A program made the translations under genes and the position numbers. Shown here piece after piece: positions 8,228-15,925 of a stretch of DNA of 32,000 bases. This DNA is from Clostridia bacterium (GTDB taxonomy: Bacteria > Bacillota > Clostridia > Lachnospirales > CAG-274), in assembly GCA_030524425.1 (NCBI GenBank), contig JAUNGN010000017.1, positions 19,689 to 51,688 of the forward strand. Reading direction: 5' to 3'. The first letter of the stretch is position 1. The number at the start of each line of letters is the position of its first letter. The notes below the pieces were generated by a model. The model was given only the letters and a program-made list of their open reading frames with translations, made no database searches and was not told the origin of the DNA.

Positions 8228-8378
8228 AATCTATAAGTGCAAGGGCTAAATCCGCTATTAGTTTTGCTGAATTATTTTCTGTTTTTTGTTTATTTAATTT
8301 ATTTAAATTGTCGGTAAAATTTGTAAGCTGCTGCTTAGATGCGCGACCGATAAGAATTTTAAGTTCTTCATTAGTCAT
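8172..8378 (-). CDS. Small hypothetical protein (68 aa), minus strand
   Basis: It has its own consensus promoter (P1) and a GAGGG RBS 8 nt upstream of the ATG. No family recognised. Confidence 0.55.
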   Translation of the reverse strand: MTNEELKILIGRASKQQLTNFTDNLNKLNKQKTENNSAKLIADLALALIDSNSQFLYDVLSSVFQNDE

Positions 8379-8410
8379 AAAAAATGACCCTCTTTTCTTT
8401 ATATAAAATA

Positions 8411-8478
8411 CTATATATAGTGGTATATATTCTTTGCACCACTATATATAGCATACAAAGTTATAAATGCTTTGTCAA
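8411..8478 (-). promoter_or_regulatory. Minus-strand promoter P1 with downstream 13-bp-arm palindrome
   Basis: On the minus strand: -35 TTGACA (8473-8478), a 17-bp spacer and -10 TATGCT (8450-8455). An inverted repeat CTATATATAGTGG-N15-CCACTATATATAG (8411-8451) follows immediately. Confidence 0.75.
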
Positions 8479-8498
8479 GCAACAATTATTTAATATTC

Positions 8499-8525
8499 GT
8501 GCCCTCTCTTTGAGGGCGTTTTTTC
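8499..8525 (+). terminator. Rho-independent terminator, plus strand
   Basis: GCCCTC-tcttt-GAGGGC followed by GTTTTTT. There is no U-tail in the minus orientation. Confidence 0.7.
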
Positions 8526-8530
8526 GTATA

Positions 8531-8561
8531 AAAATAAAACCGCCAATTATGTGACGGTTTT
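8531..8561 (-). terminator. Probable terminator for the 8560-8817 minus-strand gene
   Basis: On the minus-strand RNA, an AAAACCGUCA…UGGCGGUUUU stem is followed by AUUUUUAU. It overlaps the stop codon of the ORF. Confidence 0.5.
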
Positions 8562-8817
8562 AATATAAATATAAGATTTTCGCCGAATTTACGGAGTGCA
8601 AATTACAAGTTACCTTGTAACAGGGCAATATGTTTACCTCTCCAAATGAACCTACTGTGTTACATATTGATTCTGCAATGCCAAAGCTCTTAGGCTTAAT
8701 AGATTCTACAGTATCTAAAGCTTCTGCTAAATTACCGCAAACAGAAGTCATACCGGCATAAGCTGACTCAATTGAATCTGAGAGAGGTGATTTAACAGTA
8801 TTAATTCTATTGTTCAT
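8560..8817 (-). CDS. Hypothetical 85-aa protein, minus strand (coding status uncertain)
   Basis: It is the only ORF in the 8.5-9.0 kb block, and it ends exactly at a terminator hairpin. However, it lacks a convincing RBS (GGAG is 16 nt upstream). No family recognised. Confidence 0.4.
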   Translation of the reverse strand: MNNRINTVKSPLSDSIESAYAGMTSVCGNLAEALDTVESIKPKSFGIAESICNTVGSFGEVNILPCYKVTCNLHSVNSAKILYLY

Positions 8818-9003
8818 ATCAATCCAAAATTGTTACTCCACTTAATGTGTGGCTGCATCATTTCTGTGCAGCTCTTGCAGTCGCCTGCAAGTTCAGACTG
8901 TGCCTTCAACCTGAATTTTAAACTCTCCATAGGTTGCTCCGTGTCCAGTCGTTACACCTTCCCTATAAAAGGGCTTGGCTCGGCGTTATCTTAGATACTT
9001 TGC
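8818..9003 (-). promoter_or_regulatory. ~190-nt structured 5' leader / candidate cis-regulatory RNA between P2 and the 8817 start
   Basis: The region is visibly more GC-rich than its flanks. On the minus-strand RNA it forms consecutive hairpins: UUCAGGUUG/CAGUCUGAA, UUGCAG-GCGA-CUGCAA (a GNRA loop), GCUGCA-N9-UGCAGC and CCCU-N5-AGGG. Confidence 0.4.
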
Positions 9004-9004
9004 G

Positions 9005-9073
9005 CTATATGTAGTGGTATATATAGATTATTGCTACTACATATAGTATATAATACTTAAAATAATTTGTCAA
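9005..9073 (-). promoter_or_regulatory. Minus-strand promoter P2, paralogous to P1, with the same palindrome architecture
   Basis: -35 TTGACA (9068-9073), a 17-bp spacer and -10 TATACT (9045-9050). The inverted repeat CTATATGTAGTGG-N16-CTACTACATATAG (9005-9046) follows. Confidence 0.75.
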
Positions 9074-9102
9074 GTGTTTTATATAAAGACGGTACCAAAA
9101 TT

Positions 9103-9306
9103 ATGAAATTCAGATGTAAAAAGACGCTTACAATAGGTCGTTTCCAAATATTTGAGGACTGTGAGGCAAGGCTTAAGCATATTACTTATGATGAGGCTCC
9201 AGAATCAGCCGTATTCACACTTTTCTTTAAGACTGATGGATTTAGCTTAGATATACCTCAAAGCGTCCTTATAAGCCATTTTGAGCCAATTATGGATAGT
9301 GAATAA
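9103..9306 (+). CDS. Possible small protein (67 aa)
   Basis: An open frame from ATG 9103 (the track start is TTG 9067). I could not find an RBS or a plus-strand promoter. Confidence 0.3.
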   Translation: MKFRCKKTLTIGRFQIFEDCEARLKHITYDEAPESAVFTLFFKTDGFSLDIPQSVLISHFEPIMDSE

Positions 9307-9469
9307 ATATGGAACGTACTCAAATTACCTTACCTGTTTTCGTTATGGCAGAAGATTGGACGGGCTTTGGGTTTTTATAAAAATAATTATCAGAGGTGGT
9401 GCCTATGATTTAGTTAAGTTTATACTAAAATAACGTCTATACTAAACTACATATTAAATCTATTTTGAA

Positions 9470-9495
9470 GGAGGTGAAAACGCCTCCTATATTTT
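9470..9495 (+). terminator. Rho-independent terminator-like hairpin
   Basis: GGAGGTG-aaaa-CGCCTCC forms a 7-bp stem with one G.U pair, followed by TATATTTT. Confidence 0.5.
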
Positions 9496-9718
9496 GTGTT
9501 CAATGAGAGTGAGAGTCAAATCTTACCCTTGTTTTTGGGGCTAACTCGTGAGGGAATAAAGCTGGGTCTCTGAATAGAGGTAGACGCATAGAGCGTTTAG
9601 AACTCCTTCGCTCCCGGGGTTAGCCTTTTATATTGCCCTGAATACGGCGTAAAAGTGTTCAAGCATTTTAACACAAGAGGTGAAACCTCGTAAAAAATCG
9701 TATTGGAGGAATGAAAAA

Positions 9719-10306
9719 ATGAAAAGAAAATTTTTAGAGGATTTGGGTATCGAAAAGGAAAATATAGATAAAATTTTGGATGAAAACGGCAGAGATATTG
9801 AAAACGCAAAAGGCGAGCTTGAAACAGTGAAATCCGAGCTTAACACAGCCAACAATACAATAGCTGAAAGAGATAAGCAGCTTAAGTCTCTTAAGGAAAG
9901 TGTCGGGAATAATGAAGCTCTTACTCAGAAAATTGCAGACCTTGAACAGAAAAATAAGGATGACGCTGCAAAGCACAAAGCAGAGATGGATAATCTTAAA
10001 ATCAATAATGCTATTGATAAATCACTTATGAGCTTTAAGGCTAAAACCCCTAAGGCTGTTAAGGCAATGCTTGATATGGAAAGTGTTAAGCTTGATAAGG
10101 ACGGGAATATTACCGGTATTGATGAGCAGATTAAAGCTCTTTCGGAATCCGAGGACACTAAATATCTGTTTGAAAATTCTGCTCCTGTATTAAGGGGTAC
10201 TCAGCCGGGACACGGCGCAGATGACGACGATAACTCAAATACCGAAAAAATGACTTACAGTGAAATGTGTGCATATTTGGAGTCAAACCCAGATGCAAAA
10301 GTTTAA
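9719..10306 (+). CDS. Scaffolding protein (Phage_GP20-like)
   Basis: The N-terminus MKRKFLEDLGIEKENIDKILDENGRDIE is typical of GP20 scaffolds. The protein is coiled-coil-rich and directly precedes the capsid gene. ATG 9719 follows a GGAGGA RBS, whereas the track start GTG 9680 has none. Confidence 0.8.
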   Translation: MKRKFLEDLGIEKENIDKILDENGRDIENAKGELETVKSELNTANNTIAERDKQLKSLKESVGNNEALTQKIADLEQKNKDDAAKHKAEMDNLKINNAIDKSLMSFKAKTPKAVKAMLDMESVKLDKDGNITGIDEQIKALSESEDTKYLFENSAPVLRGTQPGHGADDDDNSNTEKMTYSEMCAYLESNPDAKV

Positions 10307-10319
10307 GGAGGAATTTTAA

Positions 10320-11375
10320 ATGGCAAAATTTGATTCAAAATCATTTAATCCGCAGGCTTTTGGTAAGTATGTGGAAAGAATACCACAGCTTAAGAAGAAT
10401 GAGCTTATTAAGAGCGGCGCAATAAAGGGTAATACTGAAATTAGAAACGCATTCAGCTCTCAGACAGGTACAGCTTATGCAATTCTCCCAATGTATGGCT
10501 TACTTGATGGGGATGTACTTAATTATGATGGTCAGACCGATATTACGGCAACAGGCACTACAACCTATGAGAGAGGCGTTGTTGTTATCGGCAGGGCTAA
10601 AGCATGGACAGAAGGCGACTTTGCCGTTGATATTACAGGCGGCGTTGACTTTATGGACAATGTTGCTAATCAGGTTGCAGAGTATTTTGACGAAGTAGAC
10701 CAGAGTACATTACTTGCTATCCTTGAAGGTATCTTCAATATGACAGGTGCAGCAAACAAGGAATTCGTTGACAAGCATACTTATGACATTACTGCCGTTG
10801 ATGACGGTATGGCAGGCCCTTCAACCCTTAACAGCGCTATTCAGCAGGCAGGCGGCGATAACAAGAGTAAGTATACAATGGTTATTATGCACTCAACTGT
10901 TGCCACAAATCTTGAAAATATTAAGCTCTTGGCTTACCTTAAGCAGACTGATGCAAACGGCATTGAAAGAGAATTAGGTCTTGCTACTTGGAATGGCAGA
11001 ACAGTTATTATTGATGATGATATGCCTGTGAGCGATGTAGCAGAATCTGCTTCAGGTAAGGGTGACGGCTATACAGCCTATACAACTTATGTGCTTGGAG
11101 CAGGTGCTTTTGACTATGAAAATATTGGTGCAAAGGTACCTTATGAGATGAACAGAGACCCTAAGACTAATGGCGGTCAGGACACACTCTATGCAAGACA
11201 GAGAAAATGCTATGCTCCTTATGGCATCAGTTATACAAAGAAGAGTCAGGCAACTCTCTCCCCTACTGATGCAGAGCTTAAGAAGGGTACTAACTGGGAA
11301 CTTGTAAATGACGGTAATGGCAAGACCATTAACCACAAGGCTATTCCTATTGCGAGAATTATTTCTAAGGGCTGA
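10320..11375 (+). CDS. Major capsid protein (SPP1 gp13-like, HK97 fold)
   Basis: Blocks VIMHSTVATNLE, NGRTVIIDDDMPV, TYVLGAGAFDY and SPTDAELKKGTNWELV parallel SPP1 gp13 as I recall it. Strong AAGGAGG RBS. Confidence 0.9.
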   Translation: MAKFDSKSFNPQAFGKYVERIPQLKKNELIKSGAIKGNTEIRNAFSSQTGTAYAILPMYGLLDGDVLNYDGQTDITATGTTTYERGVVVIGRAKAWTEGDFAVDITGGVDFMDNVANQVAEYFDEVDQSTLLAILEGIFNMTGAANKEFVDKHTYDITAVDDGMAGPSTLNSAIQQAGGDNKSKYTMVIMHSTVATNLENIKLLAYLKQTDANGIERELGLATWNGRTVIIDDDMPVSDVAESASGKGDGYTAYTTYVLGAGAFDYENIGAKVPYEMNRDPKTNGGQDTLYARQRKCYAPYGISYTKKSQATLSPTDAELKKGTNWELVNDGNGKTINHKAIPIARIISKG

Positions 11376-11379
11376 TGTT

Positions 11380-11775
11380 ATGAATATTGATAGCAAAGAT
11401 GTAGTCAAGAGGCTTGAAACTCTTGGCTACAATATTGACGACAGTGACTTAACTCTTATTCAGTTTGCTATAAACGGTACAGAGCAGTATATTAAAAAGT
11501 TTTGTAATATTGCAGAGATTCCAGTTGAGCTTTACTCTGTGGCGGTTGATATGTCAGCAGGAACGTTATTAAAAACCAAATCAAGTATAGGCCTTCCTGT
11601 GTGCGATAATATAGACTTTGATGACGGAAGAGTAAACAGTATTACCGAAGGGGATGTAAGTGTAAGCTATGGTTATGACAGTGACACAAGCAGCGCAGCA
11701 AAATATGCAGCCCTTCTTGATAGTCTTTGTAACAGAGACGCTGAGCTTGTAACCTTTAGGCGATTGAGGTGGTAG
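11380..11775 (+). CDS. Head-tail connector protein (gp6/SPP1 gp15-like), tentative
   Basis: The call rests on its position after the capsid gene, its ~130-aa size, and an N-terminal VKRLETLGYNIDDSDLTLIQ pattern. ATG 11380 is preferred over the overlapping track start at 11308. Confidence 0.55.
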   Translation: MNIDSKDVVKRLETLGYNIDDSDLTLIQFAINGTEQYIKKFCNIAEIPVELYSVAVDMSAGTLLKTKSSIGLPVCDNIDFDDGRVNSITEGDVSVSYGYDSDTSSAAKYAALLDSLCNRDAELVTFRRLRW

Positions 11776-11776
11776 T

Positions 11777-12148
11777 ATGAAAGCTTTTAAATTTGCAAGA
11801 AAAAAGATTGAAAGCCTTTACACAGGCCTTTGTTCTGTATATGCACTTGATACAGTTAGGGACCCGGATACAAAACAATCGAAGCAATCTGAAATACTAC
11901 TGCTTGAAAACCAGCCTTGCAGAATATCCTTTGAAAGTAATTCCGCAACAGTAAAAAGCAATGATACGGTTTACGAAAAGCCACAGAGTATAAAACTTTT
12001 TATAGCGCCGGACTTGGTTATTACTCCCGGCTCTAAAATAGTTGTGACTCAAAACGGCAAAACAGAAACATATAAAAGCTCAGGTGTCCCGCGTATATAT
12101 GTTACGCATCAGGAAATAGTTCTTGAACTGTTTGTAAGGTGGGCTTAG
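11777..12148 (+). CDS. Head closure / head-tail adaptor protein (SPP1 gp16-like), tentative
   Basis: The call rests on size, gene order and a GAGGTGG RBS. Confidence 0.55.
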   Translation: MKAFKFARKKIESLYTGLCSVYALDTVRDPDTKQSKQSEILLLENQPCRISFESNSATVKSNDTVYEKPQSIKLFIAPDLVITPGSKIVVTQNGKTETYKSSGVPRIYVTHQEIVLELFVRWA

Positions 12149-12150
12149 CT

Positions 12151-12561
12151 ATGACACGTATGGGTAATTGTGATTTTTCTGAGCTTAGGAAATTTGCTAA
12201 GCACCTTGAAAAGCAGGAAGCTAAAGCTAAAGCAATGATTGAAAGGTGTATAAATGACTTAGTGGCTGAAATGCTTGCAAGGACTAAGGATAGAACCCCG
12301 GTAGACAGCGGTGACCTTAGAAGAGCTTGGACCGTATCAAGTATAAAACGCATAGGAAAATACTATAAGATTGTCATAAGTAATAATCTTGAATATGGAG
12401 CCTATGTTGAATATGGGCACAGAACAAGTAACCATAAAGGATGGGTTCCCGGTAAATTTATGATGACCGTTTCAGCAAAGGAAATAGATTCTCTTGCGCC
12501 GGCAGTAATTGAAAGGCGCATAAAAGCGTTCCTTAATCAGGTGATGCAATATGATAAATAA
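12151..12561 (+). CDS. HK97 gp10-family tail-attachment/neck protein
   Basis: TPVDSGDLRRAW and LEYGAYVEYGHRT are HK97 gp10-family signatures. ATG 12151 follows an AAGGTGG RBS. Confidence 0.8.
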   Translation: MTRMGNCDFSELRKFAKHLEKQEAKAKAMIERCINDLVAEMLARTKDRTPVDSGDLRRAWTVSSIKRIGKYYKIVISNNLEYGAYVEYGHRTSNHKGWVPGKFMMTVSAKEIDSLAPAVIERRIKAFLNQVMQYDK

Positions 12562-12979
12562 AATAGTTAAAGGTATAAGCCAAGCTCTTTATCGTGAGTT
12601 TGGTGATGATTATGAAATTTATACGGAAAATGTTGAACAAGGTTTGAAGGAGCCTTGTTTTTTTATTCAATGTATTAATCCAAAAATAACCAGATTCAGA
12701 GGTAACAGATATTACAGAGAAAATCAATTCGCAATACAGTATTTTCCAAAGTCTAAGGACTACAGAACAGAATGTTTTGATGTAATTGACAGAATGTATA
12801 CAGCTCTTGAATTCGTAGAGGTTGACAACGAACTTGTTCTTGGTAAAGGGGTTGATACAAATATTTATGATGGCGTTCTAACATTTACAATTAATTACGA
12901 TATGTTTGTAATTGTAGAAAATGACGTTGAAAAAATGGAAATTCTTATTCAGAAAGGACTGATGGCTAATGGCAACTAA
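12551..12979 (+). CDS. Tail terminator/completion protein (by position), tentative
   Basis: A 142-aa ORF lying between the gp10-like gene and the sheath gene. No firm motif. Confidence 0.45.
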   Translation: MINKIVKGISQALYREFGDDYEIYTENVEQGLKEPCFFIQCINPKITRFRGNRYYRENQFAIQYFPKSKDYRTECFDVIDRMYTALEFVEVDNELVLGKGVDTNIYDGVLTFTINYDMFVIVENDVEKMEILIQKGLMANGN

Positions 12980-13205
12980 AAAAACTACAGACACGGAGAC
13001 AATAGTTGAAAACACAACCGTAGACACTGCTCCGGTGACGGCAGTTGAAGCTGTAGAAACAAGTTACACTAAAAAGCAGATTATTGAGAGCCAAAAATAC
13101 TCCAAGTATATTGACATTCTTAATACCCTACTCGGTAATCGTAAATATACTTTTTCAGAGGTTGATAATCTGCTTAAGGAGTTTTTAAGTAAGGAGGTAG
13201 ACTAA
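12969..13205 (+). CDS. Small hypothetical structural-module protein (78 aa)
   Basis: An ORF tightly packed between neighbouring genes, on the same strand. Confidence 0.45.
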   Translation: MATKKTTDTETIVENTTVDTAPVTAVEAVETSYTKKQIIESQKYSKYIDILNTLLGNRKYTFSEVDNLLKEFLSKEVD

Positions 13206-13206
13206 T

Positions 13207-14946
13207 ATGGCATTAGGCGGCGGTACATTTGTAACACAGAATAAAATATTACCCGGCAGCTACATTAACTTTGTATCAACTGCAAATGCAGGTCTTGTGT
13301 TTGGAGACAGAGGTGCTTGTGCGGCGCCTCTCAATCTTGATTGGGGTTCAGAAGGCGAAGTTATTGAAGTTACGGTTGAGGATTTTGAAAAAAATTCATT
13401 GAAGATTTTTGGCTATTCTTACACCGATGAAGAAATGAAGCCGTATAGGGATTTATTCAAAAATGCGCAGAAATGTTATTTTTACAGAGTAACAGGTGGC
13501 GTTAAGGCTTCTGCAACTCTCGGAATTGCAAAATGTGCAGGTACAAGGGGCAACAGTATTTTTTATACGGTAGCTAAGAATGCGGATAATGAAGCATTAT
13601 ATGATGTTTGTACATATATCAGAAGTATTGACAGCAGCATTGAGGCAAATAAGCTTTATGATTTTGAAAATACCAAAGCAATTTCTCCTGATATTATAAA
13701 TGTCGGCGGTAAAGCATCAATCACTCAAGACAATTCAGACCTGAGCAATCCTTATTATTGCGCTATTGACGGAGTAAGAGAAGGCACAGACCTTAATGAA
13801 AACGGCAAACCTATAAACCGAGCTTTATGCTTTGCCGGCATAACAGTACCTTGTAAAATTAAGGTTACATGCGCAAACGGCTCACAAAATTCTGTGAGAG
13901 TTTATTCAGATGGAACAGCCCCTTCAACTTTATCTCCGGCGATTGATGGAACAACTGCCGTATTTACAATTCCGGCAGGTGACGATGCGGCAAGAGATGT
14001 TTATGTATATGGCGCAGCAAAAATAAGAATGCTCAAAATTGAAATTGTATACGAAGGCGCAATAACTGATACTCTTGTGGATAAGCAGTCTGTTACATCA
14101 GCAAATAAGCTGAATAATAATGATTTTATTATTTGGGAGTCCAACGCAGCATTAGTAGAAACCGCTGGTACATTCTTAACAAATGGAACAACGACAGTAG
14201 CTACTGGAGCAACATATCAGAAGTTCCTTTCGGCTATTGAGAGTACACAGTTTAATACGCTGGTTTGCGACTCTACTACTGATACAATCAAGGCTCTTTT
14301 TGTGAGCTTTACAAAGAGACTTAGAGATACTGTGGGTGTTAAATTTCAGACAGTTGTGTACAAGTACGCCGGTGATTATGAGGGTTTAATCAATCTGACT
14401 ACTCCTGCTAAAGAAAATATTCCGGCTCTTGTATGGTGGGTAGCCGGAGCGGAAGCAAATTGCGCAATTAATAAAAGCTGTGCAAATAAAAAATATGATG
14501 GTGAGTATACACCAATTTGTACTGACACACAAGCGGGGCTTGAAAATGCAATAAACAATGGTGAATTAAAGTTCCATAAGGTAGGTTCTGATTATAGAGT
14601 TCTTACGGATATTAATTCCTTGGTTACAACAACATCCGAGAAAAGCAATTTATTCTGCTCTAATCAGACAATTAGAGTGTGTGACCAGATTGCTATGGAT
14701 ATAGCAACAATATTTAATACTCGTTACCTTGGTATAATGCCAAATGATAAAACGGGCAGAATTGCACTTGGGGCAGATATTGTAAAGTATATGAAAAATC
14801 TTGAGACTCTTAGAGCTATTGAGGATTTTACAGATACTGATGTTGTCGTTGAACAGGGCGAGGTAAAGCGTGCGGTTGTTGTTAATACACCTATTACTGT
14901 TGTAAATTGTATGGAACAGTTATATATGACTGTTAAGGTTAACTAA
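13207..14946 (+). CDS. Contractile tail sheath protein with an internal ~145-aa insertion
   Basis: The N-terminus MALGGGTFVTQNKILPGSYINF is the canonical sheath start. A conserved C-terminal half is also present. AAGGAGG RBS. Confidence 0.9.
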   Translation: MALGGGTFVTQNKILPGSYINFVSTANAGLVFGDRGACAAPLNLDWGSEGEVIEVTVEDFEKNSLKIFGYSYTDEEMKPYRDLFKNAQKCYFYRVTGGVKASATLGIAKCAGTRGNSIFYTVAKNADNEALYDVCTYIRSIDSSIEANKLYDFENTKAISPDIINVGGKASITQDNSDLSNPYYCAIDGVREGTDLNENGKPINRALCFAGITVPCKIKVTCANGSQNSVRVYSDGTAPSTLSPAIDGTTAVFTIPAGDDAARDVYVYGAAKIRMLKIEIVYEGAITDTLVDKQSVTSANKLNNNDFIIWESNAALVETAGTFLTNGTTTVATGATYQKFLSAIESTQFNTLVCDSTTDTIKALFVSFTKRLRDTVGVKFQTVVYKYAGDYEGLINLTTPAKENIPALVWWVAGAEANCAINKSCANKKYDGEYTPICTDTQAGLENAINNGELKFHKVGSDYRVLTDINSLVTTTSEKSNLFCSNQTIRVCDQIAMDIATIFNTRYLGIMPNDKTGRIALGADIVKYMKNLETLRAIEDFTDTDVVVEQGEVKRAVVVNTPITVVNCMEQLYMTVKVN

Positions 14947-14960
14947 GGAGGATATAGGCA

Positions 14961-15443
14961 ATGGCTACAAATATAACTATGAACGCAAGGGATGCTATAG
15001 CTGCAAAATTAGCTAAATGTTTTTTTACTATTAATGGAAATCGCTATAATTTTGCAAATATAATTGACCTTGAAGCAAAGCTTGAAAAGGATAAAGCAAC
15101 CGTGCCTCGCCTTGGCGCAATAATGAAAGGTCATAAGTCTTGTGGTATGGAAGGCACCTTCTCAGGCACAATGCACTATAATCAGTCTGTACTCAGAAAG
15201 CTTCTTGAAGATTATAAGAATACAGGGGAAGACGTTTATTTTGAAATACAGATTGAAAATGATGACCCTACGTCAGCAGCTGAAAGTCAGAGTGTAATAC
15301 TTTATGACTGTAACACTGATGGTGGTATTCTTGCTAAGTTTGATGCCGATGGCGAATATCTTGATGAAGAAATTGAGGGCACTTTTGAGGACTTTTCAAT
15401 TCCGGAAACATTTACAGAACTTGACGGTTTTTTAATGAGCTAA
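14961..15443 (+). CDS. Tail tube protein (XkdM-like)
   Basis: It follows the sheath gene, is 160 aa, and has the FFTINGNRYNFANIIDLEAKLEKDKATVPRLG pattern. Confidence 0.85.
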   Translation: MATNITMNARDAIAAKLAKCFFTINGNRYNFANIIDLEAKLEKDKATVPRLGAIMKGHKSCGMEGTFSGTMHYNQSVLRKLLEDYKNTGEDVYFEIQIENDDPTSAAESQSVILYDCNTDGGILAKFDADGEYLDEEIEGTFEDFSIPETFTELDGFLMS

Positions 15444-15493
15444 TATTAATAGGCGAGTGAAAATGCGCCCTTTTATTTTAAGGAGGATTTTAT

Positions 15494-15925
15494 ATGTCAA
15501 AGTTTAACGCTTTTATGAAGGCAAACAAGGTTGTAAAGGATAATGTAAAACGTGTTGCAACTACATCTATTGTAGATGAAAACGGCAACAGCCCTGAATG
15601 GGAGTTCAGGCACATTTCAACTAAGGAAAATAAGGCTTTAAGAGAAAAGAATGTAAAAGAAGTACCTATTCCCGGCAAGTTTGGAGCGTTCAGACAGAAA
15701 ATTGACGGCGAAAGCTATGTGCTTGATATGATTGTAGCTTCTACAGTCGTTCCTAATCTTTATGATGCTGAATTACAGGACAGCTATGGCGTTAAAACCC
15801 CCGAGGATTTATTAATGGCTATGATTGATAATCCGGGAGAGTATGATGACCTTGCAGCTTTTGTACAGAAGTTCAATGGCTATAATAAAGGTCTTGACGA
15901 AAAGATTGAAGAAGCAAAAAACTAA
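15494..15925 (+). CDS. Tail assembly chaperone (XkdN-like), zero-frame product
   Basis: It lies between the tube and tape measure genes. The N-terminus is MSKFNAFMKANKV…, and a slippery site sits at its last codons. Confidence 0.85.
   Translation: MSKFNAFMKANKVVKDNVKRVATTSIVDENGNSPEWEFRHISTKENKALREKNVKEVPIPGKFGAFRQKIDGESYVLDMIVASTVVPNLYDAELQDSYGVKTPEDLLMAMIDNPGEYDDLAAFVQKFNGYNKGLDEKIEEAKN

Noticed and set aside
8818-9003. Assignment of the structured leader to a known riboswitch class, based on superficial resemblance of AGGGAAGGUG…CACGG…GCAACC to cobalamin or SAM-I cores.
   Set aside because: The resemblance is limited to a few short strings. Key conserved elements (B12 box; SAM-I four-way junction strands) are not present, so no class can be claimed without an Infernal/Rfam scan.
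9331-9524. Extra CTTACC motifs (ACCTTACC at 9331, ATCTTACCC at 9516) that might pair in trans with the GTAAG 5' ends of early transcripts.
   Set aside because: They are only 6-7 nt long in an AT-rich genome, where several chance hits are expected. There is no positional logic comparable to the within-cassette cases.
9537-9627. tRNA-like element: a 7-bp acceptor-like closing stem GGGGCTA/TAGCCTT and a total length of ~90 nt.
   Set aside because: I could find no D-arm pairing, no T-arm or TPsiC-loop (GTTCRANYC-type) sequence, and no plausible anticodon arm. It is better explained as a composite terminator or regulatory hairpin.
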